Shown here: positions 49,628 through 62,992 of the stretch, in pieces
How positions within the stretch are numbered: the stretch's first letter is position 1
Layout: each line of letters begins with the position of its first letter
Origin: Octopus vulgaris
Taxonomy: Eukaryota
Length of the DNA: 64,000 bases
NCBI GenBank assembly: GCA_951406725.2
Contig: OX597817.1
Span: 136,586,001 to 136,650,000 of the forward strand
Direction: 5' to 3'
Made by a program: the position numbers and the translations under genes
Notes under the pieces: generated by a model
Database searches by the model: none
The model's input: only the letters and a program-made list of their open reading frames with translations
Told to the model about the DNA's origin: nothing

Positions 49628-52600
49628 ATGGAATATATTTCATTGTGTCTTTACCAACAAATTATGTGTTCTGTCTTACCACTGTATTGTTAGAAGAATG
49701 TTCCAGCTAATATAATCGACTAGCTCTCCAAGGCAAAATTTCAGGTCATCTGCTTAGAGTAGAAAAAGATTGTTTCCAACTCCCTCTTAGTCAGTTTAAT
49801 CCTTCTGTTCATCATCTCATAATCAGAGAAACAGTTTATTGGCTAATAAATAACTTTTATTAATAAAACTGATGAGAAATGCTAGAATCCACTTCTGACC
49901 ACCAACAATAATAATGATAATAATAATTTTCTAACATAGTCACTGTTTCCTGTTGCTTTAATTGACAGCAGCGAATTCAATGAGCTCCTATCTTTGCTGT
50001 ACTTGAAGAAGAAATAAAAAGCAAAACCCAAATTGTTTTATATAATCCTTAACTAATGGACATGTGTTAACAGATACGTTTTCTATGTGGACCTCCTCCT
50101 GCTTACAGAGACACACTTACACACATAAATTACTACTATGAGTGTGGAGTCACCTTACCCCACATCAGAGTTCATTAGTGCAGATAAATAACATCAGATT
50201 TCTCCTATCAATGATAGCAGGAGTTACTTGGGACTAATTCTCATATAATTATCTCTCTCTTTCTCTCTCCCCTTCTTTCTCCCCACCCCTATTCCCATTG
50301 CAGTTCTAGACTGTCTTCTCTTCCCCATCCTTCCTCTTGATTGGTTGTTTTAACCCAACCAACTTACCTACTGCCAGCTACTTACTTACTACTCTGACTC
50401 TAGCCCTTAACACTCAACTGACCTACATTTTCCACTGGAGGCATCTACCTCAGCCTCTCCCCCCCGTCTCCATCACATTGTCACTAACCACACCTACTGC
50501 ACTCATGTCATCATCTCCAATGTCAGTTCTCTCTCTCTCTCTTTCTCTCTCCTTTCCCATCTGCCAAACTCCTTTCATTCATATTGTCCACACCCCTCCC
50601 TCTCTTATTCCTTATCACACCCTTTTTCATTTACTTTTATCCAACTCTTCTTATTGCACCTCCTCCTACTCTCCCTCCACCACTCCCACTTTTTTCTCTG
50701 ATTTTTTTCACTTTCTTCCTTTTCCATTAGTTATATATATTTCCTTTTTCTTGAATTTTATTCCCCACCACTTTCTGTACATTAGTCCCCTTTAACCCCA
50801 ACCTAAGCAGTCCCTTTTTTGCTTATTTCAGCTGGCCAATATATAGACCCCTTCACATGTGTGTGTGTGTGTGTGTATAAACCCCCCTTAATCATAGATG
50901 GGTCAAAGGGCAACTAACACCTGATTAGCAAAAGTTGTCTGGCTTGGCCCTTTTTGCTTCTATCTTTTTATCCTGTTTCAATCATTTAGGCTGCAGTCTT
51001 CCTTGTGCTGGGGGTACCATCTTGAAAGATTGTAGTTGAGCAAATTGACTCCAGCGTTTATTTTTTAAGTTTGGTACTTATTCTGTCAATCTGTTTTGCC
51101 AAACCACTATGTTGTTGGAATGTAAACCTTATGACAAGACCAGGTGGGGAACAAAGAGAAACACCCCTCCCCACACACACATGAGGATATTATTATTTAT
51201 AATATCAGTGGCTTAGCATGTGTAAATAACCCATAAAGGTATTAATTATTAATTGATATATATCATGCCCATGCCAGCATAGAAGGCGGACTTTAAATGA
51301 GGATGATCATATATACACATAATGGGCTTTCATACACATTCTGCTTACAGATTTACTCACAAGCCATTGGTCGATCTGGGGTTATAGAAGACAAAAACTT
51401 GAGCAAGGTGCCACACAGTGGGGCTGAACCCAAAATGTGGTTGCATAGTGAGCTTCTTAACCATATACACATACACTTGTGCTTACACTGGTTCTGAATT
51501 CAGTTTTAAAACATTCTAATGCACAAAATTGCTTTCATCAATTTTACCTACCTTTCTCTGTCTCTTTCTCTCCCCCTTTCTCTTTGTCATACACACACAC
51601 ACACACACACACACAATCCCCTCCTGTACAATTTTCATGGATTTTCTGTTTCTATGCACACACACACACACACACACACATCACATAAATATACATACTT
51701 TCTTTCATTGATTTCAATTTTTTAGACTGTAGCCATGCAGGGCCATCACCTACAAGGATATCTAATCATGGCTGTTGACATCAGAACTTAGCCTGGTTCT
51801 CAGTTCACTGATCTCTGTAGTGTGCAATATATTATTTCCCTGTAAGTACGCAAATTCCAGGACCTCTGTTGTTCTGGCATCTATATTCTCAGACTTAGAC
51901 AAGCCCTTTTGTTTTGCTTGTTTTTTTTGAGGAAGACTGATATATAAGATGGGATATAAGCCTGCTCTTGCTCCACACCGTTGATGTTGTCCAAAGAAAG
52001 GTCAGTACCTCAAGGCTGTTACAGCTTGGTACCACTTATGACGAAGATATTGTTAACAGAATGCAAATGCAGTAAGGAATCTTGTCTGAAGCTTGAACAG
52101 TTCCACCCTTCCCCTGGCCCAAAGATGAAAGGTCAAGTCGACCTTCACTCATTACATGTTGTATACATAGAAATTCATTGATGATGTCAAGTTAATTCTT
52201 CTTGTAACACTCTTGCTCAAGCTAGAGTCCCTACGACTGTTTCGTTCTTTGTTATATGATTTTTATTGTACTTTAAATATATTGTCATCTTACTTCACCA
52301 AACATTAATCTGTATCTCATTGATGTTGTCATGAGAGGGTCTCCCCCTCCCCTGCTATTAGCACCACTACCATGCTATACATAGCCTAGCTTAGTGTTCT
52401 TTTTACTGGTTTCATTCTATCAGATGTGGCCATACTGGAGCACGATCTGTAATCTGCCACAGTGATCTTGGCACAGGGATTTGATAACTCAGAATATTAT
52501 GAAATGCAGCCAAAGACCACAAAATTTGTCTCCTCAATCGATTTTGCACGTCAATTTTCTAAGTTTTAACTTTCAGATGACCCCAAGTGGTTGCTGGTAA

Positions 52601-53674
52601 TGTGCCACCATTGTTGATTCTATTGCTTCCATAATCTGTCTTCCGCAAATCAACATTATCATCTAATCCAATGGTTGGATGCTAATTCAACACTGCTATC
52701 TTCTAGTTTATGGGTTGGACGGTCTGGCAGGAACTGGCAAGCAGGAGGGCTGCACCAGGTTCCAGTCATCTGGTTTTGCAAGGTTTCTACTGCTGGAAAT
52801 ACTTTGTAATGCCAGCACTTCACATAGGGTGTGTGGCACTGGCATGGGTGCTTGTGATGTGATGCTGGTACATAGTATGCTTTTTACATGGGGCTGGCAA
52901 ATCATTACATATTTAATAAGCACCAGTAATATACTGAGCTCCATTCACTTCATTAGGTCTCCTGTTAGGAAAATTGGCCCATGATTTAATAAAACTGACT
53001 ATTTGACTAAAAAGGGTGAGTTAGTCTAGCAAACAGCTTATCTGATGGTTCTGTTTTCAATTCCCATTGTTTCCAGACTTTCAGATCTCTTGTCCCAGAA
53101 TAATAGATCAGTAACAGTTTACCATTAATGCTCTAAATTTGCCAGGTAAAGATTACCATTTTACTACTTTGAATAATAACAATCAGAAGAAATAATTTGA
53201 GGTCATTGTTTTAATTGTTGTTTTTGTTGATTTTGAGTTATCTTCTCAAAATCTTTTAGCGTAACCTTGACACATTTCATTTCTTTTATTGTTTATGCTG
53301 TCCTTTTATGTTTTTATTAAGAACTGAAAATTTTATTTATTGCAATGTTTTCAGTATTGCAGATATTAATTTAAATTATTAATTTAATTATTTAATTTAT
53401 GAAGATATTAGGTTAGCTTCAATTTACTTGATTTTTTTTTCTCAGATGGTGTATTTATACATTTTTGGCTAATTAAAAATAAATATTTGGTCTTTCATAC
53501 AATCTACATGATATTTGTGTATACACGTAGTTATAACACCTGGTTGGTACTGTTCAGGTGAGAAAACCATAGTGATATCTGTGGGGCAGCTGATGATAGG
53601 GGTATGTTGGATTGTTGGTATGACTGTTATTGTTTGTGCAGAATAGTTTTATAACACATTCATTTGATATACGT

Positions 53675-53693
53675 GTATGTGTGTGTGTCTGTG

Positions 53694-53736
<43 letters not shown>

Positions 53737-53741
53737 TCACG

Positions 53742-53809
<68 letters not shown>

Positions 53810-53815
53810 CACACT

Positions 53816-53861
<46 letters not shown>

Positions 53862-53865
53862 TATA
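53675..53865. repeat. Compound (TG)/(TA)/(CA) microsatellite, representative of dozens in the window
   Basis: Dinucleotide tracts are directly visible. Other long ones lie at about 12290, 24710, 25230, 25930, 33135, 36950, 37280, 39850, 41340 and 41605. Confidence 0.97.
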
Positions 53866-54155
53866 AGATTATGTAAATGACAAGAAATTATGTCATTAAC
53901 CTCATTAGCTTACATCTGTTTCTGCTATACGATGCAATGCACCCACAGATGAGTTCTTGTGTATCACCTCATAGCTTTCTGGGAGCTTCAGAAATGAAGT
54001 GCACTTCACTTTTGAAGCACTGAAGAAGCTATAGGTCGATGCCCTCAACTATAAATATATTTTATCTTAAAGCAGAAACAAATGTATGTTAATGGAGTTC
54101 ATTGCATAAGATATGAAAGATATGGATACACAGACATTTATATGTAAGTTTTTAC

Positions 54156-54633
54156 CAGAGCTGTGGAGCCGAAACAAAAACTTTGACTCTGACTCCTCTA
54201 CTATGGGTACCTCCATCTCCTCTTTGTGTAATTGATTGCAACCTACATATCTCATAAAGCATATGCATTCACTTGTACTTTGAGTAGGCTTATATGTTAT
54301 AACTGGTTTATATTCTTTTCTACTCTAGGTACAAGGCTTGAAATTTTGGGGGAGGGGTGGTGGTGGTCAGTCAATTAGATCGACCCCAAAATGTAACTGG
54401 TACTTAATTTATTGACTCTGAAAGGACGAAAGGCAAAGTCAACCTTGGCGGAATTTGAACTCAGAAGGTAAAGTCAGATGAAATACTGCTAAGCATTTTG
54501 CTCGGCATGCTAATGTTTCTGCTAACTCACTGCCTTGTGTGTTAACGTTTCTGCCAGACATTGCAAGTTAGAGTCGGAGTCAGTATAGTCCGACTCCAGC
54601 TACCCCTTAATTGTTTTCTACTCCACAGCCCTG
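54156..54633. mobile_element. hAT MITE with a nested family-A SINE (about 54314-54560)
   Basis: The TIRs are CAGAGCTGTGGAG and CTCCACAGCCCTG. The 8-bp flanks GTTTTTAC and GTTTCTAC match at 7/8, and subterminal GACTC/GAGTC repeats are present. Confidence 0.8.
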
Positions 54634-54937
54634 GTTTCTACGTATGTTTCACCATTATGGTTGTTTGGAGTCCTGCAATGAAAGTTCCAAATGCGCATAC
54701 ATAGTCAACCATACTTCATTGGAGAATGCTTTATTGCCTCACGTTACTTCAGTATAAATTTGTGTTTATACTTCTGTTTCCTATATTTGCTCTGTCGCTC
54801 ATAACTGGCAATATGACCTGGCAAAGCAGTAGTTAACTATACAGGAAGCAGGCTGGATTAAGAAAATCTATGTGGAGGTCTAAACAGCAGCAGTCATAAA
54901 ACTACTTGTATACATCATTTCTACTATATATATATCA

Positions 54938-55320
54938 GCATCATCATTTTCCATGCTGGCATGGGTTGGATGCTTTGACCAGAGCTGGCAAGCTGAGGAG
55001 CTGCACCAGCCTCCAGTCCGATTTGACATGGTTTCTATGGCTTTCCTAATGCCAACCACTTTACAAAGTGTGATGGGTGCTTTTATGTGACACTGCATGG
55101 GCACTATTACATGGCACTGCCATGAGTGCTTCACGCTACCAGAAGGATCGGTTTTAACACTTCTGCTGCAGAGCAAGGCACCAGGCATCTTGGTCCTTTG
55201 TCATCTTGCCTGAAACGTTCAGTGTCCTGAGGTCATTCTTCAGTACTTCATCCTATGTGTTCCAAAGTGGATGGAACACTTCCATGTGTTCCATCCACTT
55301 TGATAGATTGGCACTTTACG
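54938..55320 (-). mobile_element. Decayed RTE 3' end
   Basis: It has the family-B tail plus the ORF end DEVLKNDLRTLNVSGKMTKDQDAW. Confidence 0.75.
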
Positions 55321-56890
55321 TGTGTGTGTGTGTGTGTATCCATGCATACAATATTCTTAGTGCTTGCATACCATCAATGTTTGGGGATTTTCATGTGGTT
55401 AAAGAACATCTTTAATAATTGATAGGTTGATATTGATACTGATGTCAGTGGCGAGGAAGGATAAAGGTGTGTAAGGAGGTGTGAATGCGAAGGACAGAGT
55501 GCAAATTAACTGATAGAAAACTTGAAAGAAAAGGAAACAGTAGTAATGTACAAAAGAGAATTTTGCACCAGTAGAGACATGGAGTTCAAATCTAGGGTCT
55601 TGGTTGGAAAGAACCCGAGACAGAGGGTGTTTAAGGAAGACCTGAGAAAAAGTAGAGTTTTTAGAAGGTTGAATTTTATGAAAGAAATGACAAAACATAG
55701 CAAACAAATGGTTGAACACTGCTGGAGACAACCCATCTAACTTTTGCAAATATAGGGGTGGGGTGGAGAAATAGTCATTAACTGATGATGATGATGATAA
55801 CAGTGGTGGCTCAGTTTTGTATTTCTATAGTATAACAGAAATGGGTATTGTGGAGAAAAGGAAGAAGAACTGATATAGTTTCATTATTAATTCAGTATTA
55901 AATTTACTTATTTATTGGAAACATATACCAAGAAACACTCGGTAAATTTGAATAATTGAGGTGAAGTAGGTGGTTGTGCACACCTGTCCAACAAATTGTT
56001 GCATGGAAAATAGATGGAATGACAAAAATAGTGCAATATGATAGTGAAATATGTGTATGAAGTATAATAGAGGCAATGGTTGATCATAGATTAAAAACCT
56101 GCTGCAGACGTGGCATGTTGTAGCACTGACTCTCTCTTTCTCTCTCTCTCTCTCATACTACAAACATCTAGATATTCCAAATTCTCAACTGTGTGGTTGG
56201 TCTAAGGATTAGGTATCCATTCCTGAAACACCTGCTCCTGCAATTCATACAAATGTTCAAATTTGCAAAATCATCTACAACACACCCACACACCACACAA
56301 ACATGCACATCTTGACGATGCACAAACATATCATGCACATGCATACACCATTCACTAACTCACCTCACGCAGACACCACACAAACACAAACAACACAGAC
56401 ATGCATGCACACACACACATACACAAGGACACACAGCCACACACACAGAGAAAGGCAAAATGAATAGAAAGTTTAGATTCATGTGGTAACGTCATTATCA
56501 GTCAAAGAAGTTACAGGTAAAAGCTGTCTGTCTGCCATCTGCTGGTGAGTAAGAACTTGAAGAATTTTAGTGCAACCAGACATGAGTATAAATAAAATGG
56601 TCAATAAATGGATTGAAGAACTTGGATCTTTCCAAACAGTTTGGTACACACATGGGCTAAGACTTGATGTTTGCGCTAAGACTTGATGGTTTTTGTATGT
56701 CTATTTTTTACAGTAACAGTTTAATGTGTTTTTGAACTGCCAATGGCATAGGAGAGCATAGAGATTAAAGTAGTACTTGAGAAAAAGTTAGCTGCTAATT
56801 TAAAGTATCATTAAACATGAAACCATTAGTAGCTCGTTTGTAGCTTTGTATTAAATTACATATGTATGAATGTATGTATCCTTGTATGTT

Positions 56891-57323
56891 TTGGGTCACC
56901 CCATAAATAATGCGCTTTTTTCAATTGCATAAACGAAAAATCGGAAGGGGACAGCATAAACTACCTGCATCAACTTGCTATAGAAGCAGGTAGTAATTTT
57001 ATCTTGTACTTATTCTTAGTGCAACTTTTGAAGAGTGCAGTTCATTTTTAACAATTATTTTTTCAAAGCTATAATGGAAGTGACAAAGGAGCATATTCAG
57101 CATATTTTGCTTTATGAGTTCAATAAAGGCAACAACACAACAGAAAGTGCGAGGAATATTAATGCAGTATATGGGGATTAGACAAGCTGGAAACTACAGC
57201 TTTGAAGATGGGCCTTGTTCTGGAAGATCTGTAGGGCTTGATGAGGACGTCCTGCAAACCCTGGTGGAGCAAAATCCTATTGTAACTGTTGAAGAACTAG
57301 CAGAGAAACTTGGATTTGGTCAT
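56891..57323 (+). mobile_element. 5' part of a third mariner lineage
   Basis: The TIR-like start is TTGGGTCACCCCATAAATAATGCG. From the ATG at 57074 it reads MEVTKEHIQHILLYEFNKGNNTTESARNINAVYG..GNYSFEDGPCSGRSVGLDEDVLQTLVEQNPIVTVEELAEKLG. Confidence 0.9.
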
Positions 57324-57365
57324 TCCAAGTTTCTCTGCTAGTTCTTCAACAGTTACAATAGGATT

Positions 57366-57724
57366 CTTCAGTTTTATTTCAAGATTCCTTGCCAATAGTG
57401 TAAGAGCCGGTTTCTAATATAGATCTAAGGCTCCTTCATTAAAATTTCAACATCAGTGACAGTATTTTTGTTTGTTTGTTTGTTTATGTGCAGATTTGGA
57501 TGTTTTGTTTTATGTATGTCTTCTCATGCATATATTTGCATATCTAGACATGTTCATATATACTTAAATGATAAACTTCTGGAAAGTTTTACAGACTTTA
57601 AGAGTTCCACTGATGAATTGGATCTGTATTCTTTGAATTAGCTTTCTCCTTTCTGGTTTTGAGAAGCCTAATTTCTCAAGATTGATATTTAGGCAGTGTG
57701 TTACATATCACAAGATCACAATAA
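57366..57724 (-). mobile_element. 3' end of a REL-endonuclease (R4/Dong/NeSL-like) LINE
   Basis: The minus strand gives IVIL*YVTHCLNINLEKLGFSKPERRKLIQRIQIQFISGTLKVCKTFQKFII* plus a 3' UTR. This resembles the C-terminus that follows the IIGALG motif. Confidence 0.6.
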
Positions 57725-57992
57725 AAAAGCACCATCCGAATGTGGCCGATGCCAGTGCTGCTATGACTGGCTTCTGTGCCAGTGGAACGTAAAAAGCACC
57801 ATCCAATCATGGCCAATGCCAGCTCCCCTGGCCCCTGTGCCAGTGGTGTTAGGAAGGGCTTCCAGCTGTAGAAACACTGTCAGATCAGATTGGGGCCTGG
57901 TGCAGCCTCCTGGCTTCCCAGACCCCAGTCGAACCGTGCAACCCATTGCCAGCATGGAAAACAGACATTAAATGATGATCATGATGATGATG
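57723..57992 (+). mobile_element. RTE 3' UTR copy (family B)
   Basis: It has AAAAAGCACC units, CCAGCTGTAGAAACAC and a (GAT)n tail. Confidence 0.9.
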
Positions 57993-58622
57993 TAATCGGA
58001 ATTAGAGTAACTGTAGATTTCTCAACAATTCAGCGTAGGGTATTCTCTTTTTTCACTGATCTTCAGCTTTATGTTAACATCGGCTGGGCAGCTAATTTCC
58101 ACAACCGTGCGCAGTTTCTCTTCTCTATTCCAAATAATTGTATCAGGTCTGTCGTTTATACATGTCATTGAACTTTTCACTGAGATATTCCACCAGTAAT
58201 CCCTTTTATTATGAGTAGCTATGGCTTCCACCATACTGTAGGTTCTTATTTCGTTGTCCTCGGGGTTATCCTTCTGACGGATGTCATTATATATTGTGTG
58301 TGTGTGTGTGTGTGTGCCAATACAGTTAAGTCCAGATAAAGGGACTCCTGCATGTAAGATGGTTTTGTTTACTTAGTCTGTAAAAGAATTAGAAAGCATT
58401 TTCATACTAACCATCCCCATCACCATCTGCCTATTGTCTCCTGCATCCCCATGCCATGGGTCATCTTTGTTACAATGCTTGGCAAATCTTTCAATGGCCT
58501 TTAAAGACAAGATTGTTCAATGTTTAAACCCAACTGCTAGAAAATGGTCATGTCTGGGCATGATTAGATAGTAATTGTGTGTGTGGTCTACTACTACTAC
58601 TACTACTACTACTGCTGCTGCT

Positions 58623-59417
58623 TCTTTTCCCTTTGAAGGCAGATCGAGAAATTAATTTTTTGTAACTAAACACTTTCAGACTTCGAACACTGGTAGAATG
58701 TGTCATATAAAATATCTTTTAGTCTTAGCGTTTTTGAGAAAAAGTTTATATTTATGAAGTTATTTGTGTTAAAGTTGTCGTATTTTGGTAATTTCAACCA
58801 ATCGATGACGTGTATTCAGCTGAATAAAATTACTGCCATTGTTTGTCAACAATAACTATTGGCAGTGTATATTATGTTTGTCACTGTTATTTATGACATT
58901 GTTCACGCGTTTGTACTGGTTTTAGCTTTCAGGTTTTAGGGCTAGGGTTAGAGTTACAGGGGGGGGATGAAAAATTAAGAAATTGGAGGGGTGGGGTGGG
59001 GACAAAACGTCTTTCCAAAAATACTAGCTGAAAAACAGAAAAATAAGCTAAAAGCAGTAGAAATGCACGAACGATTATGATGGTGCCATGAAGTAAACAT
59101 GCTTCAGATACACTCGTTTATTCATACAAACGTAACTGAGATGAAATATGCCATAAATAACACTGACAAACGAAATATACATCGCCGGAAGTTGTTGTTG
59201 ACAAACAACGGCAGTAATTTTATTCAGCTGAATTGATTGGTTGAAATTACCAAAATACAACTTTAACACAAAATAACTTCATAAATATAAACTTTTCTCA
59301 AAAATGCTAAGAGTAAAAGATGTTTAATATGACACATTTTACCAGTATACAAAGTTTGAAGGTGTTTAGTTACAAAAAATTATTTTCTAAATCTGCCAGT
59401 CAAAAGGTAAAGATTCC
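58623..59417. mobile_element. Non-autonomous foldback DNA element with about 270-bp TIRs
   Basis: About 58623-58899 is the imperfect reverse complement of about 59150-59417. An example is TTTTGAGAAAAAGTTTATATTTATGAAGTTATTT versus AAATAACTTCATAAATATAAACTTTTCTCAAAA. Confidence 0.9.
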
Positions 59418-62400
59418 TACTGCTGTTTAGAGGTTCATATAAACTGACTAGACTGGAACACTACATTATTTTCTTGAGCAAGGCATTCTATTCCACATGC
59501 CATTGTTTACCTACTTTGTTGGCTGGTTGAAACAATTAACACTCCTCTCATATTCGAGTAACTATCTGGTGTTTTTGAGAAAGAAATTAAGCAGATAATT
59601 GTTCGTAAGAATGTGGCCCAAGCTAATCTAAGCATCAGGTCTTTGGTACTATTAATGATAGCATCTTGTTGATATTGGTAAAGTGATTGTTTGCTATCAG
59701 AGTCACTATTAACATTTCCAGTGATAAATCTTAGAAACTTGCTCAAATGTTTTAGTATCTTTGGAGATTAATAATCATCATAATGTTTCTCTAAGCTTGC
59801 ATGACCTGGATAAGCCCTTAGTACAACTTATCACCCATACCTTACAACCTTACTGTGCCTTATCTGGAGTGTTAACCTTACTCTTTTTCCTAAGTTCTTA
59901 ATTTCTGTCTGGTTACTCTCCACTGTCAACTCTGTATTTTACTTGGAGGATATCAATCCAGTCATATCACATGTTCACACCAACTGCTTCCTACTCAGAC
60001 TCCACTATTGAAGAAATTGCTTGTCATGGCAATTTTTGTTCATTTGACATGTTAAGCTCCGGTCTGGAGTAAATAGCAACACTCATGCTGTTACTGGTAA
60101 CAGGATCAAAAATGCTGAATAGTAACTTGTCATTACTGAGTACAACTCACCATCGAATTACTATTATTCCATTCGACCAATTGAGTATTTTCTTTTACTC
60201 AAATTTTAACATCCTGTATGGTAGAAATCCATAAAATACCTTATCTGTCTGTGCCATCTTATACCAGCTGGAACTGCATGAATGGAATCACTCTTGTTTG
60301 CATTGTCGTTGGCGATATCCATCTCTGTTACTAATTGCAATTTTAATTTCTTACTGACTCGTGTTTATTCATCATCTAATTTTCATAGATTAGTAATTAA
60401 CTAACTATCACTCAGGCTCATTACTTCTTAGCATAAATGACTACTTACATTAGATATTTGCAATTTTTGCAGTAATCTGACCACAATAAACAGTTTTGCA
60501 GTAATCTGACCACTATAAACATTTAAATAAATAAACTCATTTTTAACTATTTTCTGCCCAGTCATTACAAAACTGACTTTTTGACTTTGAAATTTTTAAG
60601 GTCATGTTAAGAAATGGATTTCGCACCAGTCTGATGATAGTACCTAGCATCCACTAAATGTATATGTATGTGTGTGAGTGTGTTTCAATAGTTTGTAAAT
60701 GACAAAGTTTGCATCAGATTTCACTTATGATAACGTTGAAAGAAACAGATAAAAGGAAGATTAGCTGTGATTATAAACCACTTAAAACCCTATTTTCATG
60801 ATACCCTCTGAGTTATCTCGTATTAATAAGTTATTTAATTTACCATTTGTAATATCATTTTCTGTGTGTGGAACCAGTTAAAAACAAGATCTTATTTTTC
60901 TGCATGGTTTCTATAAAACATAGGCTTCATTAATGGAATTGTTTGTATTTATAATAGAACTAATGTTATTACCTGCCATTTATGGCTCTCACCATAATAA
61001 TTTTAATTGGATGTACGTGTTGAAAGGCATTCATCTATGTATGATGGCAGAATAACACTGACTTCTTTTTTTTATTATTATTTAGATTTTTATCTTTTTT
61101 GTTGTTTTTGCTTCCTGAAATTTGCGATGGTTTTAACATATATTGCAATTATAGCAAATGATAAATAGATGCAACTAAATATAGTCCCGGATGAATGAAA
61201 GAAAAATTAAAATATCTCTAATGTTTAGAATTGTATGTTTATTTGTTAAAATTTTATTTAAACCAAAATCTAATAATAGTATTAAAGTATTTCATAAAGT
61301 TCAAGTGTGACATTAGCTTTATCATTGTTAATGCCATTAACACCATATTACATAAAGTGAGAGAAAATAAATGAATGTGTTTGCTATTATTTCACTGATG
61401 AATGAAATCTGCAGTAAATCAAGACAAATTTTACTAACTGACAATAGAGTTTCAACTGTATTTGAATTTTGACACAATATCACTAAATGTGAATGTACCA
61501 CAGATGGCTGAATCAATAAATGTACTGGATAAACCAGCTGAGAGGTGGACTGTTGTGTCATCTGTACTCTTTTGAATCCAACTCCACCATACAATTAGAT
61601 GAAAGTAGGCACTGTAGCAATAAACTTGTCATCACATTCCAGATATTTTAAACTCGCTGTCACGAGTTCAATTCCTCATTAAGTATGATCCAAAGAGGAA
61701 TATTTTATTTTGTGTTGTTTTACCTTAGAAGTTAGTGGAGCTAATGTCCCTTTGATGTTTACAGACAGACAGGTGAAAGTAATTGCATTTCAGTTACACG
61801 TTTAATGGTTTAATTATGACATGATTTCACACTTCACAAAACATCATGAACTCTCAATTTATGATCTGTCACATAGTCAAACGACTTGCTAGAAACAGTT
61901 GTCAAATCACCTTGAACTCCTTACATGCAATCACAAGAAAACAAAACTAAAACAAAAACATTAGATCATGTAATAATCAACTACTCTTAAAAATGTAAGT
62001 TGGTCATAGCTGGAAGATCTTTCCTCTTAGGCCTGGTCAGGGTTTTAATTAAGGGATTTTATTTAAAAGTAACCACTTTGGATAACTTTCCTAGTTTCTG
62101 TAACTACAAGTTAGAAAAACTAGTAAATACATCGAAATATATTCTCTCGATATCCTTTAATGCATTGAAATAATGCACACATGCATGCGCAAGCACACAA
62201 ATGCTGACAGGAGCCCCACCATATATTTAAGTACCTCAGTATTATCCTAAACCATACTTTGATGTTCTATTATGCAATCAAAATTCCTGTCCCAGAATAA
62301 CTTGTAAGTTAAAGGATCAGTTCCTTTATTTTTTTGGTTCCCTTATTTAGGTAGTTTTGTGTGTGTGTGTATGTATATATATATATATATTTAAGCCAAT

Positions 62401-62597
62401 CTAGTGAACTCTCCTGCTGCAAGTGACAGACAGGGGCTCCACAACACCTTGCTAAATGACTTGTTTATAATGATCAACTGTTTCTGTTGTACATCTGGAC
62501 AGATCTTTACAGACATATAAACTGACACACACATAGCAATGCCCCTGTACTCTTACAAATTTTGGTACGTTATATGCATAAATACATGTACTTCGTC

Positions 62598-62950
62598 TTT
62601 TATCTTTCACTTGTCTCAAACATTTACACCATGGCCTTGCTGGGGCACCACCTTGAAGAAATTTAGTCAAATGAATTGACCCCAGTACATATTCAACCCT
62701 GGTACTTATTTTGTCAGTCTCTTTTGCTGAACTGCTAAAGCATGGGGAGGTAAACACACCAACACCAGTTGTCAAGCTGCAGTGGCAGACAAGCACACAC
62801 ACAAACACACACGACAGGCTTCCTTCAGTTCCCGTCTAGTAAATGCACTCACAGGGCTTTGGTTAGCCTAAGGTTATAGTTGAAGGCAGATGCCCAAGGC
62901 ATTATACAGTGGGACTGAACCCAGAACCATATGGTGAGGATGCCAACTTA
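62598..62950 (-). mobile_element. Full-length family-C SINE, tail type 1
   Basis: It is the reverse complement of the 25068-type element. Confidence 0.88.
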
Positions 62951-62956
62951 CCCCCC

Positions 62957-62992
<36 letters not shown>

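Noticed and set aside
59511-59758. Possible minus-strand exon (AG...GTAAAC, open frame ILKHLSKFLRF...QQS)
   Set aside because: The acceptor is weak, the protein is unrecognisable and there are no partner exons. It needs RNA-seq or tblastn to reconsider.
60465-60521. Short tandem duplications (also about 12899, 17731 and 56657)
   Set aside because: These are ordinary slippage-type duplications with no further structure.
61337-61594. 85-aa ORF and an STDDTT peptide in another frame
   Set aside because: It has no convincing splice context or RT motif context, and is compatible with chance.
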